Positions 61,801-64,000 of a stretch of DNA of 64,000 nucleotides are shown here, one piece after another. Below the pieces are notes generated by a model, which did no database searches, was not told the origin of the DNA, and worked only from the letters and a program-made list of their open reading frames with translations. Within the stretch, counting starts at the first letter, position 1; the number at the start of each line of letters is the position of its first letter. Source of the stretch: Nitrospirales bacterium (GTDB lineage: Bacteria; Nitrospirota; Nitrospiria; Nitrospirales; UBA8639); assembly GCA_963555755.3 (NCBI GenBank), contig OY820905.2:2816001-2880000 (forward strand). Direction: 5' to 3'. The position numbers were made by a program, and so were the translations under genes.

Positions 61801-61978
61801 CTTGGGATTTCTTCCCATGGCGTTAGCCACCACCCTGGGCGCCGAAGTCCAACGCCCGCTTGCCACGGTGGTCATTGGAGGCTTAATCACATCCACGGCA
61901 CTCACACTACTAGTCATTCCTGCTGTCTATCGATACTTTTGCCCTGGGAGTTCTCATGAATCGACACCCACCACGTAA
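58886..61978 (+). CDS. czcA: CusA/CzcA heavy-metal RND permease
   Basis: LPIDAVPD, NLMSLGAIDFG, RLRPVLMTA, EVQRPLATVVIGG. Confidence 0.95.
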   Translation: MEHLLTLSLRYRFFTLVTLLLVMGTGIYSLRELPIDAVPDLTPVQVQILTKAPALGPIEVEQFVTFPIETNMSGLPGLKELRSISQFGISVVTAIFEDHMDLYLARQLVNERLAIAIEQIPSEYARPMMGPLTTGLGEVYQFTVSGEGYSPMELRTLLEWDIGRRLRSVPGVVEVNIWGGREKQFQVMVDPQKLLALKLSLKDVYEALEKNNALTGGGYIVHEREQFLIRGEAMAKGVEDLGQILVRHAPGGIPIYINDVALVQVGANLRIGAATRMGEGETVIGMVQMLAGANAEHVVEQVKARVEDIQSSLPPGVVIEPYYDRSIFVSQVIHTVQTNLLEGGLLVIAILFLFLGNFRSGLIVAAAIPISMLIAFTGMLKTGISGNLMSLGAIDFGLLVDGSVVMIDNILRKLSTLDNGSDEDRAQGIQDAAKEVLRPITFAVGIIILVYLPILTLAGLEGKMFQPMAFTVIFALAGSLIFAVAAVPTLAFWFAKSKTQYEETWLLRKIRKFYEPCLRFSISKPQLAAGSAIVLFVLSLFVGPSLGVVFMPRLDEGDLAIQVWRLPSVSLDESVATALQVEQSLRKFPEVIKVVSRTGSPEVATDPMGIELSDVFAVLKPKDEWVSAQTKEELIEKMRHAILESVHGVGLGFTQPIEMRFNELIAGTRSDIAVKIFGEDLSVLRKHAEQVASVLKSIPGATDVKAEQVSGVPRIRIIVDRDQIARYGITADDVLTYVQTARAGQHVGTIFEGEKRFALVVRLTDQSSASPAAIRNLLVPTPHGELVPLSRIAQVIVDEGPAQISRENTHRRIVVEANIRGRDLGGFMTEAQQTIREKVSLPSGYYLEWGGQFEHLEEATQRLALVVPITLILIIGMLSLIFGTLRPAFLIFLNVPLALSGGIFALWIRGLPLSISASVGFIALFGIAVLNGVVLVSRIRSLEQEGLSTEQAVTQGALDRLRPVLMTALVASLGFLPMALATTLGAEVQRPLATVVIGGLITSTALTLLVIPAVYRYFCPGSSHESTPTT

Positions 61979-63233
61979 ATACTTCTTTTCGTTTTTCGCA
62001 CAACTGTTAATCGGTTGCGTGTGCCTGTGGTCTGCAAACGGAACAGTGGTCTGGGGGCAAGAGGCCACGATTCAGTCGTATACGCTTCAAAGAGTTATAG
62101 ATCTGGCATTAACCCACCATCCGAGCATTGAGTTCGGAAAGGGAGTGATCGACGAAACGCAAGGCGACCAATTATCCGCGTCGGCCTATCCCAATCCTTC
62201 GTTGGGACTTCAAAGCGGACATGGGCAGGTCCTTGATCCCACTGGCCCTTCGTTGACCGAACGATATATCTCCTTGAGCCAGCCGTTAGAATGGCCAGGC
62301 ACTCGCGCGGCTCGGCAATCTGCTGCCAGAGCCGGCGTCACGAGCGCGCAAGCGAGTCTGGAAGTTACGCAGTTGAATGTGAAAGCCAGAGCGAAGCGAA
62401 CGTTTTATGAACTCCTCTTAGCCGAAACCCTGGCCGACCTGGCTTCGCGACTGTCGGACACCGTCACCGATTTCGAACGAGCCGTGAAACGTCGGGTGGA
62501 ATCCGGAGAAGCCCCACCGTTCGAGCTCGTAAAGGTGAATGTGGAAATGCTGCAAGCCCAAAAATTAGTGAGCCAAACCAAAGGGAAGGTTCGATCGAAC
62601 CAGGCCACTCTCAATCAACTCACAGCTGGAAATCTTGGGGAGGCCTTTTCCATCACCGGAGACTTTGAATCGGTCAAAACCAATTTGAATGAAAAGCGCC
62701 TGATAGAGGACGCCTTTCAATATCATCCCGAAGTCCGCAAGTTTCAACAATTGATTGAAAAAGCCAGTGCCCAACATAACCAAGAGCAACATGCCCGTGT
62801 GCCCAATGTGACGATTAACGGTGCCTATCAACGCGATGCGGGTCGAGAAGGATTCATCGGAGGGCTCACGATTCCCTTGCCACTTTGGAACCAACGACAG
62901 GGGGAGATTGCCAAAGCCTTAGGTATTCGCCGCCAGGCGGAAGCCAATCTGCAGGAAGCACGGATCACTCTCCAAAGAGGGATCATCGAGCACCTTCAAA
63001 ATTCCAGAACCGCATCCGCCCAAATCCACACATTCGAACAAGGCTTGTTGAAACAAGCCAAAGAAACCGTCCGCATAGCTCGAACAAGTTTCAAATTCGG
63101 CGAAGCCAGCTTACTCGATGTACTAGACGCCCAACGCGTCTTATGGCAAACCTTTCAAGGCTATGCGCAAGCCCGATTTGAATTATCCGTGGCACTCACG
63201 GAGTTGGAGCGGTTGGTGGGGAAGGAGTTATAA
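61956..63233 (+). CDS. czcC: TolC-family outer membrane factor
   Basis: YPNP, LSQPLEW, IPLPLWN, GEASLLDVLDAQR. Confidence 0.9.
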   Translation: MNRHPPRKYFFSFFAQLLIGCVCLWSANGTVVWGQEATIQSYTLQRVIDLALTHHPSIEFGKGVIDETQGDQLSASAYPNPSLGLQSGHGQVLDPTGPSLTERYISLSQPLEWPGTRAARQSAARAGVTSAQASLEVTQLNVKARAKRTFYELLLAETLADLASRLSDTVTDFERAVKRRVESGEAPPFELVKVNVEMLQAQKLVSQTKGKVRSNQATLNQLTAGNLGEAFSITGDFESVKTNLNEKRLIEDAFQYHPEVRKFQQLIEKASAQHNQEQHARVPNVTINGAYQRDAGREGFIGGLTIPLPLWNQRQGEIAKALGIRRQAEANLQEARITLQRGIIEHLQNSRTASAQIHTFEQGLLKQAKETVRIARTSFKFGEASLLDVLDAQRVLWQTFQGYAQARFELSVALTELERLVGKEL

Positions 63234-63263
63234 GGACTGTGTCACAATCATTGGGCTCGTTTG

Positions 63264-63524
63264 TTAAGCTGCAGACTCTTGATGAATGTCCCAACCTGGA
63301 AAAAGGAAAACAGCCGGATGACACTTGAGGGCCCTAGCGAACACCTTAGCACGTTCAACACCAAGCCTGATCCGATCGTTCTCTATACCAGAAATTGTGG
63401 ACTGTGGAATGCAAGTGAGCACCGAGAGCTCATTCTGGCTTAACTCCTGAAGCACCCGAAGAATACGAACCGATTCTCCCACGGAGACATCGACGAGCTT
63501 TTTGGCTTTTCGATAATTTTTCAT
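63264..63524 (-). CDS. XRE-family HTH protein (probable orphan antitoxin)
   Basis: LSQNELS...QSTISGIEN, ALKCHP. Confidence 0.8.
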   Translation of the reverse strand: MKNYRKAKKLVDVSVGESVRILRVLQELSQNELSVLTCIPQSTISGIENDRIRLGVERAKVFARALKCHPAVFLFPGWDIHQESAA

Positions 63525-63553
63525 TCTTTGAATCTCAAGGTGTCAGTTCGACG

Positions 63554-63859
63554 CTAGACCGGAAGCAGCTCCGCTTTCGGGAAGGGCTTAACCTTGATGG
63601 ATCGGGCCGTCTTTTCCACGCTCGCTAAGTCATAGGCCAGTTGCATCCTCATCCAGTGCTCCACCGTGGAGCCAAACGCTTTTGACACCCGTACGGCCAT
63701 TTCTGGTGACAGCGACGCTTTTTCATTGATGACCCGAGACAACGTTGATCGGCTCACGCCAAGACGCTCGGCGCTTTCGGTGACGCCTAGACCTGTGGCA
63801 TTAATCGTATGTTTAATGATCTTTCCTGGGTGGATTGGGTATTTCATCACCATGCCCAT
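63554..63859 (-). CDS. higA: HigA family antitoxin
   Basis: PIHPG, AERLGVSRSTLS, LSPEMAVRV, WMRMQLAYDL. Confidence 0.9.
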   Translation of the reverse strand: MGMVMKYPIHPGKIIKHTINATGLGVTESAERLGVSRSTLSRVINEKASLSPEMAVRVSKAFGSTVEHWMRMQLAYDLASVEKTARSIKVKPFPKAELLPV

Positions 63860-63877
63860 CTTTCCTTTGGTCCCCTG

Positions 63878-64000
63878 CTATTGAAAAGCAGGCTCCAACG
63901 TGCCCTTATACGGTTTCACCTTGATTTTTTTCATACGTTCCTCAGCTTGCTCAGCGTCATATTGAAACTGCAACCGCATCCATCCATCGGGCGTAGACCC
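63878..64000 (-). CDS. higA: HigA family antitoxin, C-terminal part (runs off the window)
   Basis: GSTPDGWMRLQFQYDAEQAEERMKKIKVKPY...*. Confidence 0.8.
   Translation of the reverse strand, partial: GSTPDGWMRLQFQYDAEQAEERMKKIKVKPYKGTLEPAFQ

Overview
This is a bacterial chromosome window, most consistent with a Nitrospirales (Nitrospira-like) genome. That assignment is inferred from gene content and repeat style and was not searched. The backbone is housekeeping: mrp, bamD, fabH, ispH, smc, a TPP riboswitch ahead of thiC-thi4, nadA, ileS-lspA, engB, a SurA-like PPIase, mfd, rfaE2, tRNA-Val-thrS-infC-rpmI-rplT, hemD and a czcB-czcA-czcC efflux system. On top of this sits a dense ecosystem of small non-autonomous palindromic elements. 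At least six MITE/REP-like families are present, they nest inside each other, and their stems show compensatory base changes. Several families with different terminal repeats share an internal core resembling the enterobacterial ERIC core. Other accessory features: (1) an integrase-less integron remnant with an attI-like site and one intact attC cassette; (2) an IS1634 and a frameshifted IS1595, both with clear TIRs and target duplications; (3) a group II intron RT remnant; (4) toxin-antitoxin debris, including a run of three toxin-less HTH/HigA-type genes; (5) a three-gene operon (cytidylyltransferase, PEAMT-like methyltransferase, CDP-alcohol phosphatidyltransferase) suggesting a eukaryote-style phosphobase-methylation route to a choline-type lipid; (6) tandem NrdR-like boxes and a DnaA box ahead of smc. 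No CRISPR array or rRNA was seen.
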